DNA from: Gemmata obscuriglobus
GTDB taxonomy: Bacteria > Planctomycetota > Planctomycetia > Gemmatales > Gemmataceae
Reading direction: 5' to 3'
Length of the DNA stretch: 32,000 nucleotides
Assembly: GCF_008065095.1 (NCBI RefSeq)
Contig: NZ_CP042911.1
Location: 120,001 to 152,000, forward strand
The stretch's first letter is position 1. Every line of letters begins with the position of its first letter. Below are positions 24,557 through 32,000 of the stretch, piece by piece. Both the position numbers and the translations under genes were made by a program. Under the pieces are notes generated by a model that was given only the letters and a program-made list of their open reading frames with translations, was not told where the DNA came from and ran no database searches.

Positions 24557-25369
24557 ATGCTCTCCGCCGTCACTATCTCGCTCGTGCCGGAAGCCCGCGG
24601 CGGTCCCTTTGTGTACTGGGACGACCTGGCCGAAGGGTGCCGCGAAGCCGCCGCCCGCGGGTTCGACGCGGTCGAGGTGTTCCCCCCGGGCGCGGACGCG
24701 GTCGACCCCCTGGTGCTCCGCTCCCTGCTCGACGAACACGGCCTCGCGCTCGCGGCCGTGGGCACCGGGGCCGGGTGGGTGAAGCACAAGCTCTCGCTCA
24801 CCTCACCGGACGCTACCGTTCGTGACAAAGCGATCGCGTTCGTGAAGTCGATCATGGACCTGGCCGCGCGGTTCGAGGCGCCCGCCATCATCGGTTCGAT
24901 GCAGGGGCGCTGGGGCGACGGCGTCACCAAGCCGGAAGCGCTCCGGTACCTCGGTCACGCGCTGTTCAAGCTGGACGCGCACGCCGCCGACCTCGGCACC
25001 ACGCTCCTCTACGAACCGCTGAACCGGTACGAGACCAACCTCGTCAACACGCTCGCCGACGCCGTCACCCTGCTGAACGCGATCGGCGCGGAGCGGGTGA
25101 AGATCCTCGCCGACCTGTACCACATGAACATTGAGGAGACGAACCTCGCCGACGCGATCCGCGGCGCCGGTTCGCGGATCGGGCACGTCCACTTCGCCGA
25201 CTCCAACCGCCGCGCCGCCGGGCTGGGCCATACGGACTTCGCGCCGGTCGTCGCGACGCTGGTGGAAATCGGGTACGCGGGTTACCTGTCGGCCGAGATC
25301 CTCCCGCTGCCCGACGCGGACACCGCCGCCCGCCAGACCGTCGCCGCGTTCCGCCGCCTCGTCGGGTGA
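24557..25369 (+). CDS. Sugar phosphate isomerase/epimerase (xylose isomerase-like TIM barrel)
   Basis: The ATG at 24557 gives MLSAVTISLVPEARGGPFVYWDDL. The earlier ORF start at 24521 lies inside the hairpin repeat. Family-typical motifs: GFDAVEVF, LLYEPLNRYETN, ILADLYHMNIEE, HVHFADSNR and YLSAEILP. Confidence 0.8.
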   Translation: MLSAVTISLVPEARGGPFVYWDDLAEGCREAAARGFDAVEVFPPGADAVDPLVLRSLLDEHGLALAAVGTGAGWVKHKLSLTSPDATVRDKAIAFVKSIMDLAARFEAPAIIGSMQGRWGDGVTKPEALRYLGHALFKLDAHAADLGTTLLYEPLNRYETNLVNTLADAVTLLNAIGAERVKILADLYHMNIEETNLADAIRGAGSRIGHVHFADSNRRAAGLGHTDFAPVVATLVEIGYAGYLSAEILPLPDADTAARQTVAAFRRLVG

Positions 25370-25473
25370 CGCGCCGGAGCGTCCGCCGTCCCCCACCTTC
25401 TTTCTCTTCTCTCGGGCCGCTCACACCGCGCAGCTTCAAGCGCGCGGGACGCCTGAAACTTGAGCCAAAACGC

Positions 25474-25502
25474 TTGACTCTCGGCGGAAGCGGAGTTATA
25501 GC
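25474..25502 (+). promoter_or_regulatory. Candidate sigma70-like promoter upstream of the secretin gene
   Basis: TTGACT (25474-25479), a 17-nt spacer, then TATAGC (25497-25502), about 180 nt upstream of the proposed start. Planctomycetal promoter rules are poorly known, so this is tentative. Confidence 0.3.
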
Positions 25503-25684
25503 CGCCCCGCTTTCTCACACACACTCTACGCGGGGCCCAACGGCCCCAGGAGACGGAAAGCTCGGGGCCGCTGGGGCGGTTCCGGGCGCACTCGCGCCGG
25601 CAGCGGCGCCGCGGGACGGTCCGCGGCGCATGGGGGCTTGTGCCGGCGTCCCGTTTCCCAGCGCAGGGGCAAAGGAGGCCATTG

Positions 25685-28600
25685 GTGTTCCAGGATAAGA
25701 AGTGGAACTGGAAGCGGGTGGCGGCCAACCTGCTGCTGGTGCCGGTGCTGACCGGGGGGACGGTCGCCATCGTGCAGGCCCAGTTCGGCAAGGACCGGGC
25801 CGACGCGCCGAAGATGCCGGCGATGGGCGCACCGGCCCGCACCGGGGGCGCGCCCGCGGCCAGCGGCGACCCGAAGCAGCTCCTCAAGGACGGCCGGAAG
25901 GCCCTCGCAGACGGGCGCTTCGCGGACGCCCGCGATCTGGCGCAGGCCGCCGAGGCGCACAACCCGGGCGGCAAGTGGGGGCTGTTCGACGACACCCCGG
26001 CCGCCCTCCGCAAGGACATCGAGTCGGGCCAGGCCAAGGCCAACAGGGCGCAGTCCGAGCAGCTCGTGAAGCAGGCGAAGGCGACCGCCGCCAAGCCCGC
26101 CGCCAACGACGCCGAGCGCGCCTACAACCTGGACCTCGCCATCCAGATGGCGAAGAAGGCCGACCAGCTCCACGGCCCGTACTCGTCGTGGGACCTCGGC
26201 GACCGTGCCGACAAGCTGGTGAAGGAGCTCCAGACCGCCCGGGCCAAGTACAAGGTCGCCCCGGCGGGCGGCACCGCCGTCGCCGGCGCGCAGCCCGCGG
26301 GGGCGGGGGCCGCGGCCGCCCGGCCCGCCGGGACGGGCGCCCTGCCGCCGGTCACCAGCGCCGCCTACACCCCGGCCGGGGGCGCGGACGCGGGCAAGAA
26401 GCAGACCGCGACCAAGCTGCTCGCCGAGGGCCGCGCCCTGGCGGACAAGGGCGACTTCATGGCCGCGAAGGCCAAGTTCGCCGAGGCCGACCGGGTCGGC
26501 GCGAGCTTCGACGCGAAGGAGTTCTCGCCGGGCTTCGCGCTGCAAGACCTGAACGCCCGCGGGACCGCCGCGATCGACCAACTGGTCCGCGACGCGCAGG
26601 CCGCCAGCGCCCAGAAGGACTTCGCGAAGGCGAACGCGGCGCTGACCAACGCGACCGCCGTCGCGGCCACCCTCGGGCTGTTCCCGAAGCCGATCGTGGA
26701 GGCCAAGCAGGCCCTGTGGGTCGCGTCGAACGGGCAGTTCGGCATGGCCGCGCCGGGCGGCACGGTCGCCGCCGGCGGGCCGGAGTATTTGGTGCCCGCC
26801 GGCCCGGTCGGCGACACCGCGCCGGCGGTCCCGCCGGGCACCGCGACCGTGTACGGCGGCAAGCCGGCCGCGCCGGGCGGGGCCGCGACCGGGCGGCAAC
26901 TGCTCGACCAGGCCGCCTACGAGTTCAAGCAGGGCCAGTACGACACCGCGCACCGGCTCGCGGTCCAGGCCCACAACCTGGGCGGGGTGCAGGACGAGGC
27001 CCGCGCGCTGCTCAACAGCATCGACAGCGAGAAGCTGGCCGGCAAGAAGCGCGAGGCCGTCGCCACGATGGCGAACGCGAAGGCCGCGTTCGCCAACAAA
27101 GAGTACAAGCAGACGTTCAACGTGCTGGTGCTGGTGGACGGCAACCTGCTCACGGCGGACCTGAAGGCCGACCGCGACCGGATGATGACCGCCTGTAAGG
27201 CGGAGCTGGACAAGGGCAACAAGCTCGACAGCGGCGTCGCGCTCGCCAGCGGCGTCCAGCCGCCGGACGTGGGGGCGCCCGCGGCCGAGCCGCTCCCCGG
27301 CGGGGTGAGCCCGGCCCCGACCAACCCGCCGGGCACCGCCCGCGTCGGGTCCGACAGCGCCGGCTCGGCCGACGCGCTCAAGAAGGTGCAGTTCCAGAAG
27401 CTGCGCAGCGACGGGCTGAAGGTCCAGTCGGACGCGCAGGCCGCGTTCGGCCGCGGCGAGACCGACCTCGCCATGCAGATGCTCGTGGACTACTCGAACC
27501 GCGTCCGGGCCTCCGGCCTCGACACCTCGAGCGCCGCGCTGCTGCTCCGCCCGGTGGACGCCCGCCTCGACACGTTCCGGCTGCTCAAGAGCCGGACGGA
27601 CGCCGAGGCCCGTCAGGAGAAGGACAAGCGGGACGCGAAGGAGCGGATCGTCGGCCGCGGGATCGCGGAAGAGGAGCGCAAGAAGGAAGTCGCGCAGCTC
27701 GTCCGCCGGTCCAACGAGCTGATGAAGAAGGGCACCCCGGAGGGGTACGAGGGCGCCGAGAAGCTCGCGCTGCAGGCCAAGCAGCTCGACTCGGACGACC
27801 CGGCCGTGTCCGCGCTGTACGAGACGATCAAGCTGCACCGCCGGGTGAAGGAGGCGGAGAAGGCGAAGGCCGACCGCGAGACGTTCTTCAAGTACGGGCT
27901 GGACGATGGCGAGAAGATGGGCCGGCTGGTCACTACCGACAACCCGGTGGCGATCGAGCTGAAGCGGCTCGAGCGGGCCAGCCTGCGCGGGTCCGGCAAC
28001 GACCTGCACATCAAGACCCGGACGCCGGCCGCGTACGAGATCGAGATGCGCCTGGACAAGCCGGTGACGGCCGAGTTCCGGCAGACCCCGCTCGACCAGG
28101 CGATCAAGAACCTGCAGACGCTCACCGGCGTGCCGATGTGGCTCGACGTGAACGCGCTCCAGGCCGAGCAGATCAGCGAGGTGCAGCCCGTCAACTTCGA
28201 CGTGGGCACCGCGCTCGCGGCCAAGAACGTGCTGCTGTGCGTCCTGGAGTCGGCCGGGCTGAGCTACGTCATCGAGAACGACGTGGTGAAGATCACCACG
28301 ACGAAGAAGGCCAAGGGCCGGCTCTACACGAAGGTGTTCTCGGTGGCCGACCTGGTCACCCCGGTGCCGAACTTCGCGCTGCCCGACTACGCGAACTTCG
28401 ACAAGATGCTGAACAAGAACCCGCTGAACACCGGCAACCTGATGATGTCGGGCGTGAACATGCCGGCGGGCGGCATGGCCGGCGGGCTCGGCGGCGGGGT
28501 CCCGGCGGGCCTGAAGGGCGAACTGGCGACCACCCCGGGCATCCAGGGCGGGGCGCCGTTCGGTCCGGGCGGCACGATGCAGACGAACCCGCTGGGCGCG

Positions 28601-29809
28601 TCCTCGAACGTGGTCAACGGGTCCAACAGCAAGCACGAGCAGCTCATCAAGCTCATCACGAGCATGATTCGCCCGTACACGTGGGACGGGGCCGGCGGCG
28701 GCGGCAAGGTCGAGTTCTTCGACCTCGGCAGCGCGCTGGTGGTGAACCAGACGGCCGACGTGATCGTCGAAGTGTCGGACCTGCTCGAGGCGCTCCGCCG
28801 GCTGCAGGACCTGGCGATCGCGGTCGAGATCCGGATCGTGTCGCTGGCCGAGTCGTTCTTCGAGCGGATGGGCGTCGACTTCTCGGTGAACATCAAGACC
28901 AACACGAGCAGCTTCGAGCCCGCGCTGACCAGCGGCACGTTCCGCCCGCAGCCGTACATCAACGACATCAACAACAAGGGCACGACCGTCGGCCTGACGC
29001 CGGCCGGGTCGTTCACCCCGGACCTGGACGTGCCGATCCGGGCCACCAGCTTCAACCGCGCGATCCCCGGGTTCGGGAACTACCCGAACACGCCGGGCAA
29101 CAACGGCGGCATCTCGCTCGGCCTCGCGTTCCTCAACGACATCCAGGTGTACACGTTCCTGGAAATGGCGCAGGGGGACCAGCGGTCGAACATCATGCAG
29201 GCCCCGAAGCTGACCATGTTCAACGGCCAGACCGCGACCCTGACGGTGGCCGAGACGCAGTTCTTCGTGACCAACGTGCAGGTGGTCTCGGTGAACGGCC
29301 AGATCGTGTTCATCCCGCAGCAGCAGCAGCTCCCGTCGAGCGGGCAGGGCACGCTGAGCATCACGGTGCAGGCGGTGGTGTCGGCGGACCGCCGGTTCGT
29401 GCGGCTCAACCTGCCGGTGCAGTTGGGCGTGCAGGCCGGGGCCGCGGTGCCGCTGTTCCCGATCACCACGTTCATCACGCCGGTGTTCGAGGGCGGCAGC
29501 CAGGGCCAGCCGATCCCGTTCACCCAGTTCCTGCAACAGCCGTCGTTCACGCTGCTCGACATCCAGACCACCGTGGTGTGCCCGGACGGCGGCACGGTGC
29601 TCCTGGGCGGGCTGAAGCGGCTGAGCGAGAGCCGGAACGAGTTCGGGCCGCCGTTCCTGTCGAAGATCCCGTACCTGAACCGGCTGTTCAAGAACGTCGG
29701 CGTGGGCCGCGAGACCACGCACCTGATGATCATGGTGACCCCGCGCATCATCATCAACGCGGAAGAAGAGATCTTCCAGACCGAGGGCGGTCGCGGCCTG
29801 GGCAACTGA
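25685..29809 (+). CDS. Giant secretin-family outer-membrane channel protein with long N-terminal helical-repeat extension
   Basis: ORF 25640..29809. I prefer the GTG at 25685, which sits 6 nt after AAGGAGG (25672-25678). The GTG at 25640 is the alternative. N-terminal TM or signal segment VAANLLLVPVLTGGTVAIVQA. N0/STN-like segment PVTAEFRQTPLDQAIKNLQTLTGVPMWLD...VLESAGLSYVIENDVVKITT. Secretin core: IAVEIRIVSLAESFFERMGVDF..., QAPKLTMFNGQTATL, VVCPDGGTVLLGGLKRLSESRNEFGPPFLSKIPYLNRLFKN...THLMIMVTPRII. Confidence 0.85.
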   Translation: MFQDKKWNWKRVAANLLLVPVLTGGTVAIVQAQFGKDRADAPKMPAMGAPARTGGAPAASGDPKQLLKDGRKALADGRFADARDLAQAAEAHNPGGKWGLFDDTPAALRKDIESGQAKANRAQSEQLVKQAKATAAKPAANDAERAYNLDLAIQMAKKADQLHGPYSSWDLGDRADKLVKELQTARAKYKVAPAGGTAVAGAQPAGAGAAAARPAGTGALPPVTSAAYTPAGGADAGKKQTATKLLAEGRALADKGDFMAAKAKFAEADRVGASFDAKEFSPGFALQDLNARGTAAIDQLVRDAQAASAQKDFAKANAALTNATAVAATLGLFPKPIVEAKQALWVASNGQFGMAAPGGTVAAGGPEYLVPAGPVGDTAPAVPPGTATVYGGKPAAPGGAATGRQLLDQAAYEFKQGQYDTAHRLAVQAHNLGGVQDEARALLNSIDSEKLAGKKREAVATMANAKAAFANKEYKQTFNVLVLVDGNLLTADLKADRDRMMTACKAELDKGNKLDSGVALASGVQPPDVGAPAAEPLPGGVSPAPTNPPGTARVGSDSAGSADALKKVQFQKLRSDGLKVQSDAQAAFGRGETDLAMQMLVDYSNRVRASGLDTSSAALLLRPVDARLDTFRLLKSRTDAEARQEKDKRDAKERIVGRGIAEEERKKEVAQLVRRSNELMKKGTPEGYEGAEKLALQAKQLDSDDPAVSALYETIKLHRRVKEAEKAKADRETFFKYGLDDGEKMGRLVTTDNPVAIELKRLERASLRGSGNDLHIKTRTPAAYEIEMRLDKPVTAEFRQTPLDQAIKNLQTLTGVPMWLDVNALQAEQISEVQPVNFDVGTALAAKNVLLCVLESAGLSYVIENDVVKITTTKKAKGRLYTKVFSVADLVTPVPNFALPDYANFDKMLNKNPLNTGNLMMSGVNMPAGGMAGGLGGGVPAGLKGELATTPGIQGGAPFGPGGTMQTNPLGASSNVVNGSNSKHEQLIKLITSMIRPYTWDGAGGGGKVEFFDLGSALVVNQTADVIVEVSDLLEALRRLQDLAIAVEIRIVSLAESFFERMGVDFSVNIKTNTSSFEPALTSGTFRPQPYINDINNKGTTVGLTPAGSFTPDLDVPIRATSFNRAIPGFGNYPNTPGNNGGISLGLAFLNDIQVYTFLEMAQGDQRSNIMQAPKLTMFNGQTATLTVAETQFFVTNVQVVSVNGQIVFIPQQQQLPSSGQGTLSITVQAVVSADRRFVRLNLPVQLGVQAGAAVPLFPITTFITPVFEGGSQGQPIPFTQFLQQPSFTLLDIQTTVVCPDGGTVLLGGLKRLSESRNEFGPPFLSKIPYLNRLFKNVGVGRETTHLMIMVTPRIIINAEEEIFQTEGGRGLGN

Positions 29810-29838
29810 TCGGAATGCCGTTAGCGTGACAACCTTCA

Positions 29839-29872
29839 GGCCCGCGAGCGCTGCTCGCGGGCCGCTTTCGTT
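29839..29872 (+). terminator. Candidate intrinsic terminator after the secretin gene
   Basis: GGCCCGCGAGC (29839-29849), GCT, GCTCGCGGGCC (29853-29863), followed by GCTTTCGTT. The GC-rich stem is 10-11 bp. The U-tract is weak. Confidence 0.5.
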
Positions 29873-30024
29873 GGAGCGCACGATTTCGGCTCATGTCTTT
29901 GTGGCACAGACATTCCTGCAGCAACGTCGAAGACGATGGCTTAGGCCGCCCGCAATTACGCCTCTGGCTCCTCACGTCCCCCGCCTTCGGCCCGGCCGCC
30001 GCACCGCCGAACATCATCAGGCGA

Positions 30025-30079
30025 CTTCGCAAATTGCGAAATTCTGCCTTGTTGTTTCGCTAATTGCGAAGTGTCATAT
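30025..30079 (+). promoter_or_regulatory. Candidate higBA promoter with two palindromic operator-like sites
   Basis: Perfect 15-bp palindrome TTCGCAAATTGCGAA (30025-30039). A one-mismatch copy TTCGCTAATTGCGAA (30055-30069) lies 30 bp away centre to centre. The second overlaps the spacer of TTGTTT (30051-30056)-N17-CATATT (30074-30079), about 37 nt upstream of the higB start. Confidence 0.5.
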
Positions 30080-30115
30080 TAGGTGTGAGGTCGAACCCGT
30101 GGTGGATGCCGGACC

Positions 30116-30481
30116 GTGGTAGTGATCGCTCTCAAACGTCTGCGAGACTTCTGGGAGAGTCACCCCGACGCCGAAACCTCGTTGCGGGTGTGGTACGCGG
30201 CGACCGAAGCGGCGGACTGGTCGAACTTCTCCGACGTGCGAGCCACGTTCGGGAACGCGAGCATCGTCGGTAGCTGCGTGGTGTTCAACAGCGGGGGCAA
30301 CAAGTACCGACTCGTCACTCGCATCAGGTATCAGACCCGCACGGTGTTCGTGCTGCGGGTCATGACGCACGCCGAGTACGATGATCAGGAAAAGTGGCAG
30401 GCGGACTGCGGGTGTCACAAGCCGGCACCGCCGAAGGGGCCGCGTCCGGTCAAGAAATCGCCCAAGAAAAAGGGGAGCTAA
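30116..30481 (+). CDS. higB: Type II toxin HigB (RelE-superfamily mRNA interferase)
   Basis: VVIALKRLRDFWESHPDAETSLRVWYAATEAADWSNFSDVRATFGNASIVGSCVVFNSGGNKYRLVTRIRYQTRTVFVLRVMTHAEYD matches the HigB_toxin family pattern (KRLxxFW..HPDA...L..W......A.W.....V...F..AS......VVFNI.GNKYRL). Toxin-first gene order. Lys/Pro-rich C-terminal tail. Confidence 0.85.
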   Translation: MVVIALKRLRDFWESHPDAETSLRVWYAATEAADWSNFSDVRATFGNASIVGSCVVFNSGGNKYRLVTRIRYQTRTVFVLRVMTHAEYDDQEKWQADCGCHKPAPPKGPRPVKKSPKKKGS

Positions 30482-30484
30482 CCG

Positions 30485-30922
30485 ATGCCCGCGGCAAACC
30501 AAAAGTCGATGCCCGATTCGTACTTTGGGCTCGTTCGGCAGTTCCCTTTGCTCTGCCCCACGAGCGACAGCGAACTCGATGCCGCGTTAATGGTCATCGA
30601 CGATCTTCTTACCCAAGAACTCGACGAGGGCGGCGAGGCGTATCTGAGTGCGCTAACGGCGCTAGTCCACGCCTACGAGCGTGAGCACCACGCGATTCCG
30701 GGGGCGACTCCTGCCGAAGTGCTGCGCGAGCTGGTGTCGGCCAACGACTTAACTGCGACCGAACTCGCCAAACGCGCCGGTATTGCCCTTTCGACGGTGT
30801 CGGCGTTGATGTCTGGCAAGCGCCGCCCGACGCCAGAACAAATGGCTTCGCTGGCCGGTATTTTCAAGGTGCATCCGGGTGTATTTCTCCCGACCAGCAC
30901 TCTGCCTCGCCAGCCACAGTAA
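30485..30922 (+). CDS. higA: HigA-type antitoxin, XRE-family HTH protein
   Basis: It starts 3 nt after the higB stop and is preceded by AGGGGAG. The C-terminal HTH is LTATELAKRAGIALSTVSALMSGKRRPTPEQMASLAGIF. The N-terminal helical domain (LDAALMVIDDLL...GEAYLSALTALVHAYE) is typical of longer HigA/COG5499-like antitoxins. Confidence 0.8.
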   Translation: MPAANQKSMPDSYFGLVRQFPLLCPTSDSELDAALMVIDDLLTQELDEGGEAYLSALTALVHAYEREHHAIPGATPAEVLRELVSANDLTATELAKRAGIALSTVSALMSGKRRPTPEQMASLAGIFKVHPGVFLPTSTLPRQPQ

Positions 30923-30991
30923 CCCTTCACTACTTGGCGCGACCGCCGCAATCAGCGATACTCCTTCGCATCGCCCAACGGACGTGAGGCG

Positions 30992-31531
30992 GTGCGGGAG
31001 GGGCAGAGATGCGTGCGGTGTGGTGTGGCGGTTTTGACCGCGGCGATTGGTTGCGGGAAGAAGGCGAGCCCGACAACGGGCGGATCGGTGCAGAACGCGC
31101 CGGCGGGCGAGGTGCCGGCGCCGCGAGAGGTCGTTGCCGAACCCAAGCAGATTCTCAAGAGCCCCGACAACTCGCCACCGATTCCGGTGGACACTCTGAA
31201 ACTTATCAACGAGTACAAGGACCGAGAGATTGCCGCAGACGCGAAGTACCGCGGCAAACTCGTCGAAACCAAAGTCGATGTGCGCAAAACGGGCCGCACC
31301 GAGTCTGGCGAGCCGTACATCGGTTCCGTGTACGGGTCCGATCGGCCGGACCCGCCGATCATCTACCACGTGTTCCCGAAAGACCGAGAGGCTGAAGTCG
31401 CGGCGCTCAAGCTCGGCGAAGTGGTCACCATCGTCGGCACTTGTGCCGGTCGTGTCAACGACGGGAAGTCCCGAATGGTTCGGGGGCTCGAATTTCACAT
31501 CCGGGTCGACGACTGCAAAGTCACCAAGTAA
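30992..31531 (+). CDS. Putative lipoprotein with OB-fold (tRNA_anti-like family)
   Basis: Lipobox-like LTAAIGC near the N-terminus. The start is uncertain (GTG at 30992, 31013 or 31025). LINEYKDREIAADAKYRGKLVETKV...LKLGEVVTIVGTCAGRV...IRVDDCKV fits the pattern of small OB-fold lipoproteins (ey..N..aAd.kYkGK...v.G.v....L..Gq.vtv.G.c.G.....v.l..C.l). Confidence 0.6.
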   Translation: MREGQRCVRCGVAVLTAAIGCGKKASPTTGGSVQNAPAGEVPAPREVVAEPKQILKSPDNSPPIPVDTLKLINEYKDREIAADAKYRGKLVETKVDVRKTGRTESGEPYIGSVYGSDRPDPPIIYHVFPKDREAEVAALKLGEVVTIVGTCAGRVNDGKSRMVRGLEFHIRVDDCKVTK

Positions 31532-32000
31532 TCAGTTCGGTTGCTTCACGTGCTTGAACATGGTGTTGGGGTCTGTCTCTTCAATGGGCCACTTCGAGAG
31601 CGGGTCGCTCGTGTTCTGCGTTTGAATCCCGAACCACTTCCAAGTCACTGAGTGCAGGTAAGCGCGGTACGCGCGCCTTGTTGTTGTCGTTCGGGTCCGT
31701 GTCCAGGATCACAGAGACGCGAACCCCCGAGCGGGTGTCGCTTTTCGTTGCTCCACTGCGCCACTCTGGACCGCCGCTTGTCGGCGTGCCATTATGAACG
31801 TCCGCCCGCGTGAGGTTGCAACCGTATGACCGGCCCCGTTCCTCTCCCGGCCCCCTTTGCGCTCTTGGGAACGCCCGGCGGGTTGGCACACGCGCGGTCG
31901 GCGAAGCGGCGCGGCCCCCACCACGTCTGCGCTTCTTCCTGGCACGCCGTTCCCGCCCCACTCGCCGCGGGCGACTGCGGCCCGCGGTGCCGGTCCGGCC

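Noticed and set aside
25605-25628. GC-rich 9-bp-stem hairpin (GCGCCGCGG-GACGGT-CCGCGGCGC) and other small stems in the secretin 5' leader, considered as a riboswitch or attenuator
   Set aside because: Short GC stems of this kind are expected by chance at this base composition. I recognise no known riboswitch consensus, and the element cannot be evaluated without comparative data.
25526-29881. 1451-aa minus-strand ORF, longer than the secretin gene it overlaps
   Set aside because: It is an antisense shadow of the secretin CDS. It is extremely Arg/Gly/Leu/Asp/His-rich and repetitive (RRG, GRG, HRR) with no domain signature. The plus-strand product has clear secretin motifs.
30749-31498. 249-aa minus-strand ORF antisense to the OB-fold lipoprotein gene (and 30074..30502 antisense to higB)
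   Set aside because: The plus-strand products match known small-protein families (OB-fold lipoprotein, HigB). The antisense translations are Arg/His/Leu-rich without motifs.

Overview
High-GC segment (about two-thirds G+C by eye, GC3-dominated codons). The gene content looks planctomycetal, most likely Gemmataceae. Supporting this: a DUF1559/H-X9-DG pseudopilin-like protein, a PSCyt1-WD40 protein, three tandem TIGR02996-type N-domain + RNI-like LRR paralogs, and a TIGR03066-like small secreted protein. I call 20 protein-coding genes. I see no rRNA, tRNA, CRISPR array, transposase, integrase or classical defence enzyme. Left to right: membrane-anchored hypothetical (possibly 5'-truncated), DUF1559 protein, a minus-strand pair (secreted PPC-domain protein + PSCyt1-WD40), three LRR paralogs, an internally duplicated S51 cyanophycinase-like protein, a minus-strand operon (small lipocalin-like protein, Tat alpha/beta hydrolase, SurA/parvulin-like chaperone), an acyltransferase-ACP-acyl-ACP-synthetase fusion, Skp/OmpH-like protein, DUF4140/DUF4139 protein, ilvE, a sugar-phosphate isomerase-like TIM barrel, a 1374-aa secretin, then a lower-GC tail with higBA, an OB-fold lipoprotein and an apparently decayed ORF. 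Many very long ORFs in the six-frame track (728, 1117, 1194, 1451 aa) are Arg/Gly/Pro-rich antisense or frame shadows of real genes and are rejected. The most unusual signals are: (1) a family of long hairpins whose arms are direct 9-nt ACAGGAT repeats, at three sites with compensatory arm changes; (2) two further long inverted repeats upstream of ilvE; (3) an orphan giant secretin with a roughly 780-aa repeat-containing N-terminal extension and no secretion or pilus partner genes in the window; (4) the LRR paralog triplet; (5) several atypical domain architectures. Limits: all family calls come from motif recognition by eye and no search was run. I do not see a compelling multi-gene defence-type system, so the novelty candidates are hypotheses.
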